Part shown: in pieces, positions 1-12,624 of the stretch
How the letters are laid out: each line of letters begins with the position of its first letter
Position numbering within the stretch: the first letter of the stretch is position 1
NCBI GenBank assembly: GCA_016748015.1
Contig: JAAOMT010000057.1
Coordinates: forward strand, 328,763-392,762
Reading direction: 5' to 3'
Source: Geosiphon pyriformis uo1
Lineage: Eukaryota > Fungi > Glomeromycota
DNA length: 64,000 nt
Program-made: the position numbers and the translations under genes
The notes under the pieces: generated by a model
Seen by the model: only the letters and a program-made list of their open reading frames with translations
Databases searched by the model: none
What the model was told of the DNA's origin: nothing

Positions 1-1320
1 TTAGAAAGAAGATTAATCAACTTGGCTTTAAACTTATCACGAGACAAAATAGTCTCATTTTGATTCATCAGAAGAAGAATTCTAACACTATTTTTGTCTA
101 TCAAAACTGACCAATGATTCAAAACAGACATAACAGAGTCCAACTTCTCAAAATAAACCACCACATATTGCCAAATACTAACAGACTTTAGCACAACATA
201 AGTAACACTACCAAACACACTGAGAGCTGTCTTAATATCAGCAACAGACACAACCAAGAGCATATTATGCAGCACAACAGCAGTAGAAAAGGAACCAAAC
301 TCAGAAACTACCAAAGACTTGGCAATTTTGAGAGTGGTCAAATGTACAGAGCTTGTAAGCTCAACCAAAAACACAGCTTCCAAAGACACAGCTTCCAAAG
401 ACACAGCTTTTAAAAACACTTAAGAAGCAAACTCCATACAAAACAGCTTCACATTGTTCTTTAATACTGACTTTGCACCCAAGAAACCATGTATTGACTG
501 AAAAACAGCCTTAACATAAGTCAATTTGAACTTAAAAGTAGCACCAGACACCAGAGTAGAGGCCACCCACCCAGCAAATCTTTGATGACTAGTAATAGTT
601 TTCCAAGCACCATCAGAAGTAGCATCAGAAACTAAAGGAGGAGATGATTTAGTTTTCATTTGATCAGCCCAGTTCTCAAGAACAGGTAACCCAACAAGAA
701 GAGATTGTTTTGCTTCTAAAACCAGTGATGATCTACTGGAAGACATTACATTTGGCAATACAGCCAATGGTTGATCTAGACTCATCTTGGACAATGTGCT
801 GGATGATGCTATGGAGATCTTATCTAAGATCTCATTGGGAACCACAAAGAAATTCGGTGTAACAATAGCAAAGACAAGTGACTGCTTCCACTTTTCTGAA
901 CTTTTGGTCTTTTTGACCATTTTTTTTGAAAATGTGATGCTAGCAGCATCAGGTGTTGAATCTATGGAGGGGAAGACCAGCTTATTTACTGGTCTATTAT
1001 TAAAAACTTTTGGGCACTTAGTTGAGGTGGAGGCAACATTGGGACTAATCCAAGTGTGTCTCTTTAAGAGAACTTTAACTGGTAAAAAACCAGCCAAAGA
1101 TGAAAAAGTTGTTTCAATGGCTACCAAAGACAGCTTATCATAATTACTGGGTAAAGAGAAGGCTTCTAAAACGTTTTGCCTAGTTGCTTCTACAACAGAG
1201 AGAGCTCCTCTGGTTGAAATTTTATTAAATATCTCAGGACAGATATCAAGTATAGCCTTTTTACTCTTTGCTCTAGTTGTGGTTATAAAATTAAAGAGAC
1301 AAAGAGTTTTTTGTAATATT
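1..1320 (-). mobile_element. 5' end and degenerate ORF1 of a divergent LINE family; continues off the left edge
   Basis: The minus-strand translation near 60-280 (..DIKTALSVFGSVTYVVLKSVSIWQYVVVYFEKLDSVMSVLNHWSVLIDKNSVRIL) aligns by eye with the RRM-like segment of ORF1 at 33715 (..AVRAALSEFGVIRAIKIQLIRLWQKAVVEF..WSILIGKDAIRV). The 420..1127 ORF is its N-terminal part. The former start is probably the ATA at ~1286. Confidence 0.75.
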
Positions 1321-3007
1321 TATTTTTACTGATTTATAATAATATATTATTATTATTTTAAAAACTTTTTTTGTTGCTATTGTTTTTAATTATTAATCTG
1401 TTTTAAAAAAAAACAGTATTAAATTTTTTTTTATTTAACTAAAAAGAAATTATTATTTTAAAAAATATTTTTAAAACCAAAATTAGTCAATTTTTTTTTA
1501 ATTATATTGTTTTTAAAATTGGTAATTTAAATTTTTAAGTTAATAATTATATATGTTTTATCTTTTGCTTTTTTAATTTTTATTATTATTAATGCTTTGC
1601 TATTGTAATTTTTGAGTTTTTAAAATTTTTAAATCTTATTGTATTAAAAACTGGTATTTTATGTAATTGTTATATCTAATAAAAACTTTTAAATATTATT
1701 ATTATTTTTTTAGTTTTTTTTAAGTCTGCTAATAGCTTTAAGACTTTTGTTTTATTTTTTATTAATACAAAGTTTTATGTTAAAATTTTTGTTTTTTTTG
1801 TTTTTTTTATTGTTATATTTTTAATTGTTTTTGTTTTTAGGTTTGTAATTAATTTTAGATTAAATTTTTTGAAATTTTTAATTTTTAATTTAACTATTTT
1901 ATTTAAGTCTGTTATTTTTTTTTTATTAATATTTAATGAATGAAGCCCAAATATTACTTAACACAATACATCAAACTAAGTAATCTAAACTAGACATAAA
2001 TTATGCATTTTTTATACATGACCAGCCACTTGGACTAATCAAAGCAACACTACAAATTTATTATAACAGACACTATATTACCAATACCAGAAAAAAAACA
2101 ACAGAGTTTATGAAAACCAAAACAGACACCAAGTGCCTCAGCAATCCCAAGCAACTTAATTACTCCAGCCAAAAGCAAAGACAACAGACCTCAGACCACA
2201 GAAAACACAGAACTATTATAATGAATTAAACCACTTTTCTCTATAAAAGTCTTATATTTGGCCCTAATCAATCATATGTCAGCATAGTAAGCAGCACCAA
2301 AACTCTGAACAAAGTTAATGATAACTTTTCCTGCAATCTTAATATTACTCAAAACAAATGCAGTCTCCAGATACCAATTCTTGAACAAGAAGCCTTTGCT
2401 CAAAGTGGTGTATAGCACATTATTAATAGTGCACAAAGAAAGCACCTATGAGATCTGAAACAAAAAGAGACCCAAACTAGACATGGCATGCTACTTAGCC
2501 AAATGGGAAGCATGCAGATTCCTATGAATTTCAGAGTCAAATGCACACACAAAAGAGTGATTAAAACTTTTCACCTTTTTATAATGAAAACACAAAACAC
2601 TTAGATAATCTCTATTATACAAATGCTTCTGCATAATAACTGGTAGGCAGTAGTATAAAGCCTTTAAAAAATATGAGCACAGACCAGTGATAAACTTGCT
2701 GGTAAATCCAGCCACTATGTATAAGTCAGGGTGTTAGACCAAAACAATACGAATTCAATCCACATCACCAATTATATCTTTGTTAATAATAGCAGAACCA
2801 GACCCAATCTCTCAACAAGCACAATTCACAGTCCTAAAAACATCCTAAGCAAAATGCTGAACATTACCAGACATTATCACCCCACTAGTCTTAATGAACA
2901 TTTCTTTAACCAAAACAGAAAACACCAAATTTGAATTTGCAGCTGAATTGGCCAACTCATCAGCATGCTTATTACCCAAAACACCCAAATGTCTTTTAAC
3001 CTTATGC

Positions 3008-3989
3008 TGTTACCGGAGGTTTTTGGTCTCTTTTCTGTAATGTTGTTGATACTTATTTGTTGTGAATTCACGTTTTCTGGATGTGGTTGAATCTCCAATA
3101 ACTGAATTTATCTTCAAATTATCTCCTATAATTTGAACTTGCTGGGCTTATGAATGGAATGGCCAATTCCATGCCAGTTGCTTTATGTAGTTACATTGTA
3201 GTAAATGTCAACTCTTTCCCAGGAATTGCTCGTTTGGAAGCTCACTAAAAATGTGTAGTTACTTTGCTGTGAAAGTCAACTCTTCTACAGGAATCTTGTT
3301 TGTAGGCTACCCTGATGATTGTAATAAGAAAAGAAAAAAAAAATAAAAGAAATGTAAAAGAAATAGAATTTTTGTCAAGAGAAACGTTTTCTATCCAGGC
3401 CTGGAGTCACTAACAGTTTACTGAAATTGGTAGCTAATCAATTTCGAAATGTTGGTTGGTTTTTGGGGATTTTCTAAGAGCAATAATTAAAGAATTTGGT
3501 TTTTTAAATTATTTGGTATTTATTTCTTTTTGTGTGTGTAGAATTGGTTCTAAGTAATAAATCTAAAGTAAGATACATTTTCTCGAAGAGAGAAGCTCTT
3601 CTTTTATACAACTTGTCATAACATTATTTTATGAACTTGAACTTTGCTATTTTCTATGATTTCGCTGAACTAAAGATACATTTCGGCGAACTACAAGTTA
3701 TTTCTGCGAACTATTAGATATTTTGGTGAACTATCAATTATTTTGGCAAATTTCTATAAATTTCGGCAAACTTTTGAATGTTACATAGTTTGGGGTATTG
3801 CATGATTGATTATCACAATTAGGTTATATTTGTGTTGTGTACAATTTGGGTTATTAATTAAATGATAATTTCGGACATTCTTTGCTAATGTAATAAGTGA
3901 TAATTTGAAACGATAATATATGCTAATTAATAATAAGAATTATGAGATAATTTCATGCTAAATGATATCTCTAATTTTGTCTGATAACA
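3008..3989 (-). repeat. 3' LTR of the Gypsy-dUTPase element
   Basis: Runs TGTTACCGGAGG...CTGATAACA; direct repeat of 11643-12624. Confidence 0.97.
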
Positions 3990-3992
3990 TAA

Positions 3993-4002
3993 CCTCCTCC
4001 TC
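3993..4002 (-). promoter_or_regulatory. Polypurine tract GAGGAGGAGG
   Basis: Lies 3 nt before the 3' LTR on the minus strand. Confidence 0.9.
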
Positions 4003-4447
4003 AAGACTGAGCTCCGTCGAAGTCCAAGTACTNNNNNNNNNNNNNNNNNNNNNNNNNNNNNNNNNNNNNNNNNNNNNNNNNNNNNNNNNNNNNNNTTTTT
4101 CCAATGTGAAAATATCTATAGATTGGAGGATATTCAGTGTTTTCCTTATTGAGACACAGTTGAAGTTTTTGTTGAATTGTAGCATTTGGTGAAATACTAA
4201 TTGGAGTGAGCATTAGGTTTTCTCTTAAAGCAAGCTTTAAAAGTTCTGGCAGGTGAATTCCAGTATAACTTCTTGTGTTCTTTTTATACGGGTGATATTT
4301 TTGTGAATTTGGGGCTAAATTTGTAACTACTTCTGTTTGGGTATAATTTATGTGGTTTCTAGTAACAGTAATGGATAATTCGGGTATTGTTTTTAAAGCT
4401 AACATTAGTTTTTGGGATAATTGTTGAATGTTTTGAGAAATAGTCAT
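4001..4447 (-). CDS. ORF3 of unknown function in the env position of the Gypsy element; spans an assembly gap
   Basis: ATG at 4447, open for ~117 codons up to the N run. After the gap it reads YLDFDGAQS-stop, abutting the PPT. Confidence 0.5.
   Translation of the reverse strand: MTISQNIQQLSQKLMLALKTIPELSITVTRNHINYTQTEVVTNLAPNSQKYHPYKKNTRSYTGIHLPELLKLALRENLMLTPISISPNATIQQKLQLCLNKENTEYPPIYRYFHIGKXXXXXXXXXXXXXXXXXXXXXXYLDFDGAQS
4033..4095. other. Assembly gap (63 N)
   Basis: Run of N in the sequence. Confidence 1.
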
Positions 4448-4561
4448 TATAAGCAATTGAAAAATAAAAAATTATTTTTGGTGTATGGGTTTTTATGTTA
4501 TTTTTGTTTTGTTTTTGTGAGATTGTTTCTAAATTATAAGAGAATAACTAGTAAAATTAAA

Positions 4562-5947
4562 TTAAGTGTTCAGGTTGGAAGGTTGTTCAATGACAACTAT
4601 TGGTTCTAAGTTTTGGGGAATATTTTCAGGACTGACCAAAGAGGAATGTATACCAATTTGTGGAATTAATGGTTCAGGATTGTTTCTGGAATGATAGTGT
4701 TTCAAATGATCTCCATGTGCAACTTTTGCTAGGATTTTGTCATCAAGTCTTAGCTTGTATAATCCATTGCCTAGGACTTCATGGATAAAGAATGGTCTAT
4801 CCCATTTATTTTCAAATTTTCCACTCCATTGTTTTTCAGCTTTAGTTCTGTGTAAGAGAACTTTGTTTCCAATTTTGAATTTATTGGTGACTGAAGGCAA
4901 TTTGTCATTATGCCATTCTTTTTGTTGAGCTTGGAAGTGTTCAATATGGGTGGCTGCTATTCGTCGTTTTCCTTCTAATGTGCTAAGCAGAGTGTAGGCT
5001 CTTCGCTGAAATGTTTCTTAGAAATTGTTTTCATTGATCAGTTGTGCTGGGTATGTTTCCACTGTGAAACTAATTGGTAACGTTGCCATCCTTCCATAAA
5101 TTAAATCAAATAGTGTGTGTTTCGTAGTATCTTGTTTTAATGTCCTATATGCTAGTAACACTGATGAAATAAAGAGATCCTATTCTTGCTCAAAATCAGT
5201 TGAGACTTTGGCTAATGACTCACACAATGTTCTGTTAAAACGTTCCACAAGTCCGTTTGTTTGTAGATGGTAGGGCAAAGACAGAGGTCTTTTGACATTG
5301 AATTGTTCACAAATTTTTTGTATCAGGTTGTTTACAAAGTGTGTTCCCTGATTGGATAAAAGTTCAATTGGACATCCATGTCTACAAATGATGTCTTCGT
5401 AGATGAAATTTGCTACTGATTTTGCATCTGCTTATTGAATGGCTCTGGCTTCAGGCCATTTAGTAAGATAGTCTACAGCTACTGCAATATAATGGTTTTC
5501 TTGAGTGGTGATAGATAGTGGTCCGACTAAATCGATACCAACTCTGTCAAAAGGCTGTCCAACTTTGATTGGATTTAAAGGTTCTGTAGGGCAAGTTCCT
5601 CCTTTTCTTTGACAACTATCACAAGATTCAACATATTCGTGAATGTCTTTTCTCATTCGAGGCCAAAAGTAGTATTCTAGTGTTCTTTGGGTGGTGCTAT
5701 CTTTTCCGAAGTGTGCTGATAAAGGATCTGAGTGCATATTGTATAAAATGGTCTCTTTTTCCTGTTTTTGTATTAATCTGAGTGGTTTGGTTGGGTTTTT
5801 GAAATTTCGATGATAGATAATGTTGTTGTGTAAAAAATATTGTTTGGCTTGTTGTTGTAACCAATTTTTTTCATCTGGGAACCAATTTGTTGGGATTGTT
5901 AATGTCTCCAAATATTGTTTGAGATTGTTGTAGTTTTTGGGGTTCAT
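4562..5947 (-). pseudogene. Integrase (HHCC, DDE core, GPY/F-like tail; no chromodomain seen)
   Basis: Zinc-binding H..H..CDSC; core GIDLVGPL, VDYLTKW, SNQGTHF, QTNGLVERFN; tail KFENKWDRPF. Internal stops are present. Confidence 0.93.
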
Positions 5948-5996
5948 TGTTTGTTGTTTTAATGCTGTTAATTCAAATGGGTGTTGGTTTTGTTTT

Positions 5997-7330
5997 TTAA
6001 TCTTGCTTTATTCTTGAAAGACAATCAACATTGGTGTGGAGTTTTCCTGGTTTGTGGTGTACGATGTATTGGTAATTAGCTAAAAATCCTGTCCATCGGG
6101 TTTGTTTTGTGTTCAGCTGGGTGTTTTTGTTTTGAAGCCATTTAAGTCCAATATTATCAGTGATAATATCGAATTCTTTGGGTCTGAGGTAAAGGTTGAA
6201 GTGATGTAGGGCCCAGATTACTGCTGCAGTTTCTAATTCTGTTGTGGAGTAGTTTTTTTCGGCTGGCTTTAATGTTCTACTAGCATAAGCAATTACTTGC
6301 TCATTTCCATTGTCATCTAACTGTGATAGGATGGCATCAAAGGCAGTATAAGAGGTGTCAGTTGCTAACCAGAATTGGTTGCTGAAATCTGAGTAGGCAA
6401 GGATTGGAGCTGTTGTGAGTTTTTCCTTAAGTATTTCGAAGACATTTTGGTGTTCTTCTGTCCATTTGTATTCAACATTTTTAGTAGTGAGCTGGTTGAG
6501 GGGTTTTGCAATTTCTGAGAATCTTTTGATGAATTTTCAGTAATAGAATGCTAATCCAATAAATCCTCTTAATTCTGTGGTATTTCATGGGGTCTTGAAA
6601 TTCTTGACAGTACTGATTTTTCCAGGGTCTGGTTTAATTCCATCTTTGCTAACAATGTGACCAAGAAAAGCTAAACTTGTTTTTCCAAAGTAGCATTTTT
6701 CAATGTTCAGTTTCAATCCTGCTTTCTGTAATCATTGAAAAACTTCTTGCAGGTAAATTAAATGTAGCTTGAAAGATGGTGAATAAACATCAGTGTCATC
6801 AAGATAAACTACTACTGATTTCCAAAGGAGGTCTTTGTAAACAACATCCATGAGTCTTTGGAATGTTGCTGGTGCATTGCATAATCTAAAAGACATTATA
6901 TTGAACTCATAATTTCCTCCTTGAGTGGTGAATGCTGTTTTGGGGCAGTTTTTAGGATCCATAGCAACTTGCCAGTATCCACTCTCTAAATCTAATGTTG
7001 AAAAGTATTTGGACTTTCTAAGGACATCCAACATGTTATTAATTCGGGGAAGAGGGTAGGCATCCCCAATGGTGACACTGTTGAGTTGTCGGTAATCAAC
7101 ATAAAATCGTATCTTTCCATTTTTCTTTTTAACTAGGACCACAGGTGAGGCCCATGGGCTTATTGATGGTTGAATAAGCCCATTGTTAAGCATCCGTTGT
7201 ACTTCTTCTCAGATAAATTGGTGACTTTCTGGGGCAACTCGGTAGACTTGTTGTTGCCTTGGTTTGGCATCTCCTGTATAGATTTGGTGTTGAACCAAAT
7301 CAGTTCTTTCTAAGTCATTGTTGTTTTTGG
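5997..7330 (-). pseudogene. pol: Gypsy reverse transcriptase and RNase H
   Basis: RT motifs: SPWASPVVLVKKK, VDYRQLN, LDLESGYWQ, YLDD. RNH motifs: ATDTS, IAYASRTLKPAEKNYSTTELE, IITDN, ending PGKLHTNVDCLSRIKQD-stop. Confidence 0.95.
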
Positions 7331-7839
7331 TGAAGATATCAGCAAATTCTGCAATTAGCTCTTTGAGCTGGGTCTATTGTTGTGGTTCAAGTTGTCCCAT
7401 GTTGATTCGAGATAGTTTTTCCATGACAACATAATAGTTTTCAGAGCTAGGGTTTGGGTTGGTTTTTGGTATTGAATGTCCAATAATTTCAGAGAAATCG
7501 GGAACTATTTGGGGTAGTTCTTGTTGAAATATATTACTGTGAATAACTCCAATTTTTAAATTATTTAATAAAATTATGGGGTAATTATTGGGGTTGTAAA
7601 AAGTAACTCGGACTTTTTTTGTTCCTTCTGGAATATAAATGTTTGGGATCAAAATATTATGTTCCAAGCAGACTTGTTCATTGGACTCAAAAATTTGTTG
7701 TGTGGTTGTTGACTTTGGGCAGGTGTAGATTTCCGGATGTTCTCCAAAGGGTGAGATAGTTATTGATTGTGGAAGTCTGAGAATCTGGTGGGATTCGTTC
7801 TGTGTATTAAAAGCTATATTAACTGAAACTGTGAATCGT

Positions 7840-8270
7840 CCAGTTGAACCAAAACCTTGGGTTTCTCTATCACTTTTTCCTAATTGTTCTCTTTGATTGA
7901 CTAGTTGCAAACCCGAAATGTTGATTAAGAGTAGGTAAATAGCTTGGGCAATTTTTTCAGCATGTTTGATCTTGAATGGTTTGTCAGTTTTATTTTGAAG
8001 CATCACTGTTATGTCTCCAGTATATCCAGCATCGATTATTCCTCCTCTGACATTGATTCCTTTGCTTGCCAAAGAGGACCGGGAGGTAATTTGAATCATT
8101 GCTCCTGGCAGGATTTTGAGTGCAATTTTGAGGTTGATTTTTGTGAGAGATTTGGGTTTGAGAACAAAAGTATCCTTGCCTGGATATCTTAGGTCATATC
8201 CAGCATCAATTTCATGTGCTTTTTCAGGTTGTATTCTTTGTCCATTGTTGTTGAAGTATTTAAGTTGTAA
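7840..8270 (-). pseudogene. dut: Trimeric-type dUTPase domain within the Gypsy polyprotein
   Basis: All five motifs occur in order: AGYDL, SRSSLA, GIIDAGYTG, KIAQAI, RETQGFGSTG (ORF 7374-8372). Confidence 0.95.
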
Positions 8271-8402
8271 GGCAGGCTGATTTTTGATAAGGTAGATGGG
8301 TGTTGTTTCAATTTTTTTCGTTTCTTCAGGTTCTTCGAATTCAATTTCATTCTCATTATTTTCACTGGGCAAGGGGATACTAAGAGCATAGCATTCAGGA
8401 CA

Positions 8403-9623
8403 CTATTGTTCATCGCAAGGCATAATGTATTCTTCACATAGCCTAATGTTCATTTGCTCTAATCGTTGAATTTGAGCTTCTTGGGTCAGGTAGGTGTAAC
8501 TTGCAATTTGGTGGTAGACTTCTACTTCATCTTTGTAATCGAATCCAGCTAATTCTATAGTGTATTCAATGTATTCTGCTTCCTTCATTTGACGAACATC
8601 TTCTTTGGTAGCTCCATTAATTAATGTTATTGCTAAGTCAAAAATCATCTTGGCATTATGAGGGTAGTGATAAAGTTTGTTGAAAGCACTATTGTATGCT
8701 GCATTAAAGGGTGTTCCTCTTTTTACTTTTTCTGAAATTGATAAAGCATATTGGCAGGTCTGATCGCAGATGCCTCCTCTCATTGCTACATCAATCTAAT
8801 TGCATTCTTCTGGTAGCATATCTCCACAAGTTAAACAAGGAGTGTTGTCCCATTTTCTGCTCCTTTTTATTAGATGGCCCCATCGCTCTCTGTGGCAAGC
8901 CTTGCAGTAATAACAAGTATGATTTTCATATTCTTCTTCAGGTGAAATGCAGGCTCCCATTGACAATAGTTTCTTGTGGCAGTCCTTACATTTAAGGGGA
9001 ATATAGGGGCGTTGTTTCCTTGGTTCAGGTTTTGAGTAAGGTATATTCCATCCAGAGGTTTCGGGTTTAGTGTGTGGGGTAAAATGTTCTTGTTCTGTTT
9101 CATCGGCCCAGTTGGACGTTGATTCAAGAGCCATGAATGTTTCAATTATTGGTTTTTCTTCTTCTGGTTTAAATTCAAAAGCCGGGGCTTTTTCAGAGCG
9201 TTTGTTGAATGTACCACAAATGGCAAGTACCCAGACGTGTTGTCCTTGGTAGGAGATTGTTAACTTTTGTGTTTCCCAATTCAGATTAGCATTGGCTTTT
9301 TGAAGCCAATCATTTCTGACAAGAGCTTGGTACTGGGGTGCGTCCATTACAAGAACTTTAACTGAAATGGTGATTCTATTAAGAGTGAATAGAAAATTGT
9401 CAATTTCTCCTACTGGGGTCTTTTTCATGCCATCGGCAGTGACGATTACTGTTTGAGCTGGTTGGTCGACATTTCTTTTCAATTGTTGTATTAACTGATA
9501 GGTAATAATGCTTCCAGTGGATCTACTGTTTAGGATCAAGTAAATTGGCTTTCCTTCTACTTCAGCTTCTGTGTATATTGCAGTGATGGCTTTTTGGTCA
9601 TTAGCCACTGCATTGCTAAGCAA
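8403..9623 (-). pseudogene. Aspartic protease (degenerate LILNSRS for LxDSGS) followed by a Cys-rich insert
   Basis: AEVEGKPIYLILNSRST and ALVRNDWL give a retropepsin pattern, followed by CKDC..CYYCKAC..CLTC..C..CDQTC. Confidence 0.82.
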
Positions 9624-9629
9624 GAATGG

Positions 9630-11600
9630 TAATTCATTTGCTTCAAATTCAAAAGGAAAAATATCAGAGAGATTGGCATTTTCAGCAATTTGGGCTGGTG
9701 GAATAGTGGTGTGGTTATGAGAAGGGTTTCATTGTTGTTGTGCTGCAGCTCTACCTTCCAAGAGTGCAGTATGGTGAAAATCCTGTTCTTTTGGCATTGT
9801 TAAATAACTGGGTTGAGTGTGGTAGTGGTTGGGTCTTGGTTGAGTGATATTTCGAGGAATCAATTGGTTGTTCGAACTGATTCTACTGTTGTTTACTTGG
9901 TATCGGTTTTGTGGTGTGAATTGATTTTGTGTAATCAGTTTTTGAGCAGGTACTTGATAATGTTGGGTGGGTGGTTGTTGGTATTGCTGTTGGATTGGTT
10001 GTGGGGTGGGCGGATAATAGTTATTTTGGTATTGGGATCTTGGTGAATAGTAAGCTGGTGGTGATGATTAATAATAAGATTGCTGTGGTGGAGAGTAACG
10101 TTAATTACCCCTATTTTGTTGGTCTCGTTGCAGCTTTCTGCAATCTCTTTTCCAGTGGCCAGAGATTCCACAGTAATGGCAATTCTAGAGCTGGTTATTG
10201 AAAAGTGATGCAAAGTTATTTTGATTTCATCTTTGGGGTGGTTGATATCTTTGTTGTTGTTGGTTGGTAAAATAGTTTTTGACCTTCTTTGTGAGTTGGT
10301 CAATTTTTTCCTCAGCTGCTGAGCTGGTTTCTCCAATTGCCAAATTTACAAGTTTTGTATGATTGGCCTCTTTCATGGCCATTTCGTATCTTTTTGCATG
10401 CTGTATGGCAGAGTTTAAATCTTTTGGTACATGTGGGCGAACCTTTTTAATTAGTTTATCTTTTAGACCAGCAATAAATTGATCCAAGATTTGAGCATCA
10501 GAATAATAATCATTTGTCTCGAGTTGGCCAATCCATCTGAAAAGTTTGTTGAATTTCTCAATATAAGTCATAATGGATTCGGAGGGTTCTTGTTTGATAT
10601 TTCGAAAATGATTGCAAAGAGTGATAGAGGTATTATTGTCGGTAAACTGTTCAAGGAAGGCTGCTTTGAAAGCATTCCAATCATTGAATGGGGCAGCCAG
10701 GTTTTTAAACCATTCTTCTGCTGTTCCTTTAAGAAAGTATGGAATTGTTCTTAACATTCTGGTGGCATTCCATCCATTTGCATCTCCAGCTTTAGTAACT
10801 TGGTCGAGCCATTCTTGAGGACTGGTCTCAATGTCTTCTTCATTAAAGTCAGGGATTTTTGCGATGTATGTTGTCATTTTGTCTTCTTTGTTTTCACTGT
10901 CTATTGATTTTTCTTCAGTTATTTCAGAGTTGTTTTCTTCATTTGCTGCTGTCTCAGAGTGTTCACTTTGATTTTCAGCTAGAAAATCAAGGAGATTGGA
11001 ACTAGTTTGAAGGGGTTCTTGTTGTCTGGTGGAACTTCTGAGTGATGTAAAATTTTCTGGTCATGTAAATCAATTCAAGGGTGAATTAGGTGTTTGTGCT
11101 TGTGCAAGTAAAGCTAGAAAAGGTGTGATAGTAAGTGGAAGTTTTAAGCTGGTTCTTTGTTCAGGTGTTTGTAGATGTTTGAATGATATTTTGGGAGTAT
11201 TGGGTGTTGTGTGAACAGGTCAGTTATCTTTATGTCTTTTGTTGCTACTGGTTTCAGGTTCAGATTCAAGTTCAAAGGCAAATTGTGTGTTTGCAGGATA
11301 TTTTTCTTCACAGAATCAAATGATATTATAATCGAGTTCCTCAAAATAAGTAGCACAAGCTTCAGCACTAATGTTTTCTGATTCAGTGTTGGAATAGTGT
11401 AGTATGTTCTCAAGAAGATCTCTTTTAACTGTTGTAATATTATAGTTCCCAAAGAGGTAGTCATTGATTCGATTTTTGATGTATTGAAAAAGTGTTTTCT
11501 TGAAAGCTATAATTCCGTCGCGTATTTCAAATTGTTGTTTGCAGTGTGTGTAAATCAATTGATAGTACTCTAAGGTTGTGATGTCTGAGGCGGTCGCCAC
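9630..11600 (-). pseudogene. gag: Gypsy gag (capsid-like retrotransposon gag domain plus CCHC knuckle), frameshifted
   Basis: ORF 10227-10877 reads WLDQVTKAGDANGW..FLKGTAEEWF..FIAGL. The knuckle CHYCGISGHWKRDC is at 10140-10181, in Q/N/P-rich surroundings. Confidence 0.9.
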
Positions 11601-11630
11601 TTTGAATTTGTTGCTGTGTTATTTTCGTGG

Positions 11631-11640
11631 GAGAGCACCA
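11631..11640 (-). promoter_or_regulatory. Primer-binding site TGGTGCTCTC
   Basis: Begins with TGG 2 nt after the 5' LTR. The same core follows the LTRs at 46295, 61146 and 62198. Confidence 0.9.
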
Positions 11641-11642
11641 AA

Positions 11643-12624
11643 TGTTACCAGAGGTTTTTGGTCTCTTTTCTGTAATGTTGTTGATACTTATTTGTTGTGA
11701 ATTCACGTTTTCTGGATGTGGTTGAATCTCTAATAACTGAATTTATCTTCAAATTATCTCCTATAATTTGAACTTGCTGGGCTTATAAGTGGAATGGCCA
11801 ATTCCATGCCAGTTGCTTTATGTAGTTACGTTGTAGTAAACGTCAACTCTTTCCCAGGAATTGCTTGTCTGGAAGCTCACTAAAAATGTGTAGTTACTTT
11901 GCTGTGAAAGTCAACTCTTCTACAGAAATCTCATCTGTAGGCTATCCTGATGATTGTAATAAGAAAAGAAAAGAAAAATAAAAGAAATGTAAAAAAAATA
12001 GAATTTTTGTCAAAAAAAATGTTTTCTATCCAGGCCTGGAGTCACTAACAGTTTACTGAAATTGGTAGCTAATCAATTTCGAAATGTTAGTTGGTTTTTG
12101 GGGATTTTCCAAGGGCAATAATTAAAGAATTTGGTTTTTCAAATTATTTGGTATTTATTTCTTTTTGTGTGTATAGAATTGGTTCTAAGTAATAAATCTA
12201 AAATAAGATACATTTTCTCGAAAAGAGAAGCTTTTCTTTTATACAACTTGTCATAACATTATTTTATGAACTTGAACTTTGCTATTTTCTATGATTTTGC
12301 TGAACTAAAGATACATTTCGGCAAACTACAAGTTATTTCTGCGAACTATTAGATATTTTGGTGAACTATCAATTATTTTGGTGAATTTCTATAAATTTCG
12401 GCGAACTTTTGAATGTTACATAGTTCAGGGTATTGCATGATTGATCATCGCAATTAGGTTATATTTGTGTTGTGTACAATTTGGGTTATTAATTAAATGA
12501 TAATTTTAGACATTCTTTGCTAATGTAATAAGTAATAATTTGAAACGATAATATATGCTAATTAATAATAAGAATTATGAAATAATTTCATGCTAAATGA
12601 TATCTCTAATTTTGTCTGGTAACA
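11643..12624 (-). repeat. 5' LTR of the Gypsy-dUTPase element
   Basis: Runs TGTTACCAGAGG...CTGGTAACA. Contains a ~20-bp tandem motif TTTCGGCGAACTA at ~12295-12410. Confidence 0.97.

Larger units (their letters stand above)
3008..12624 (-). mobile_element. Complete Ty3/Gypsy LTR retrotransposon with dUTPase (gag-PR-Cys-rich-dUT-RT-RH, IN, ORF3), degenerate
   Basis: Two 982-bp TG..CA LTRs and a 4-bp TSD ATGC (3004-3007, 12625-12628). PBS and PPT are present. Domain order PR-RT-RH-IN is the Gypsy order. Confidence 0.97.

Noticed and set aside
7840-8270. dUTPase as a counter-defence against the C>T hypermutation
   Set aside because: dUTPase limits uracil misincorporation, not deamination of integrated DNA, and this element is mutated like the others.
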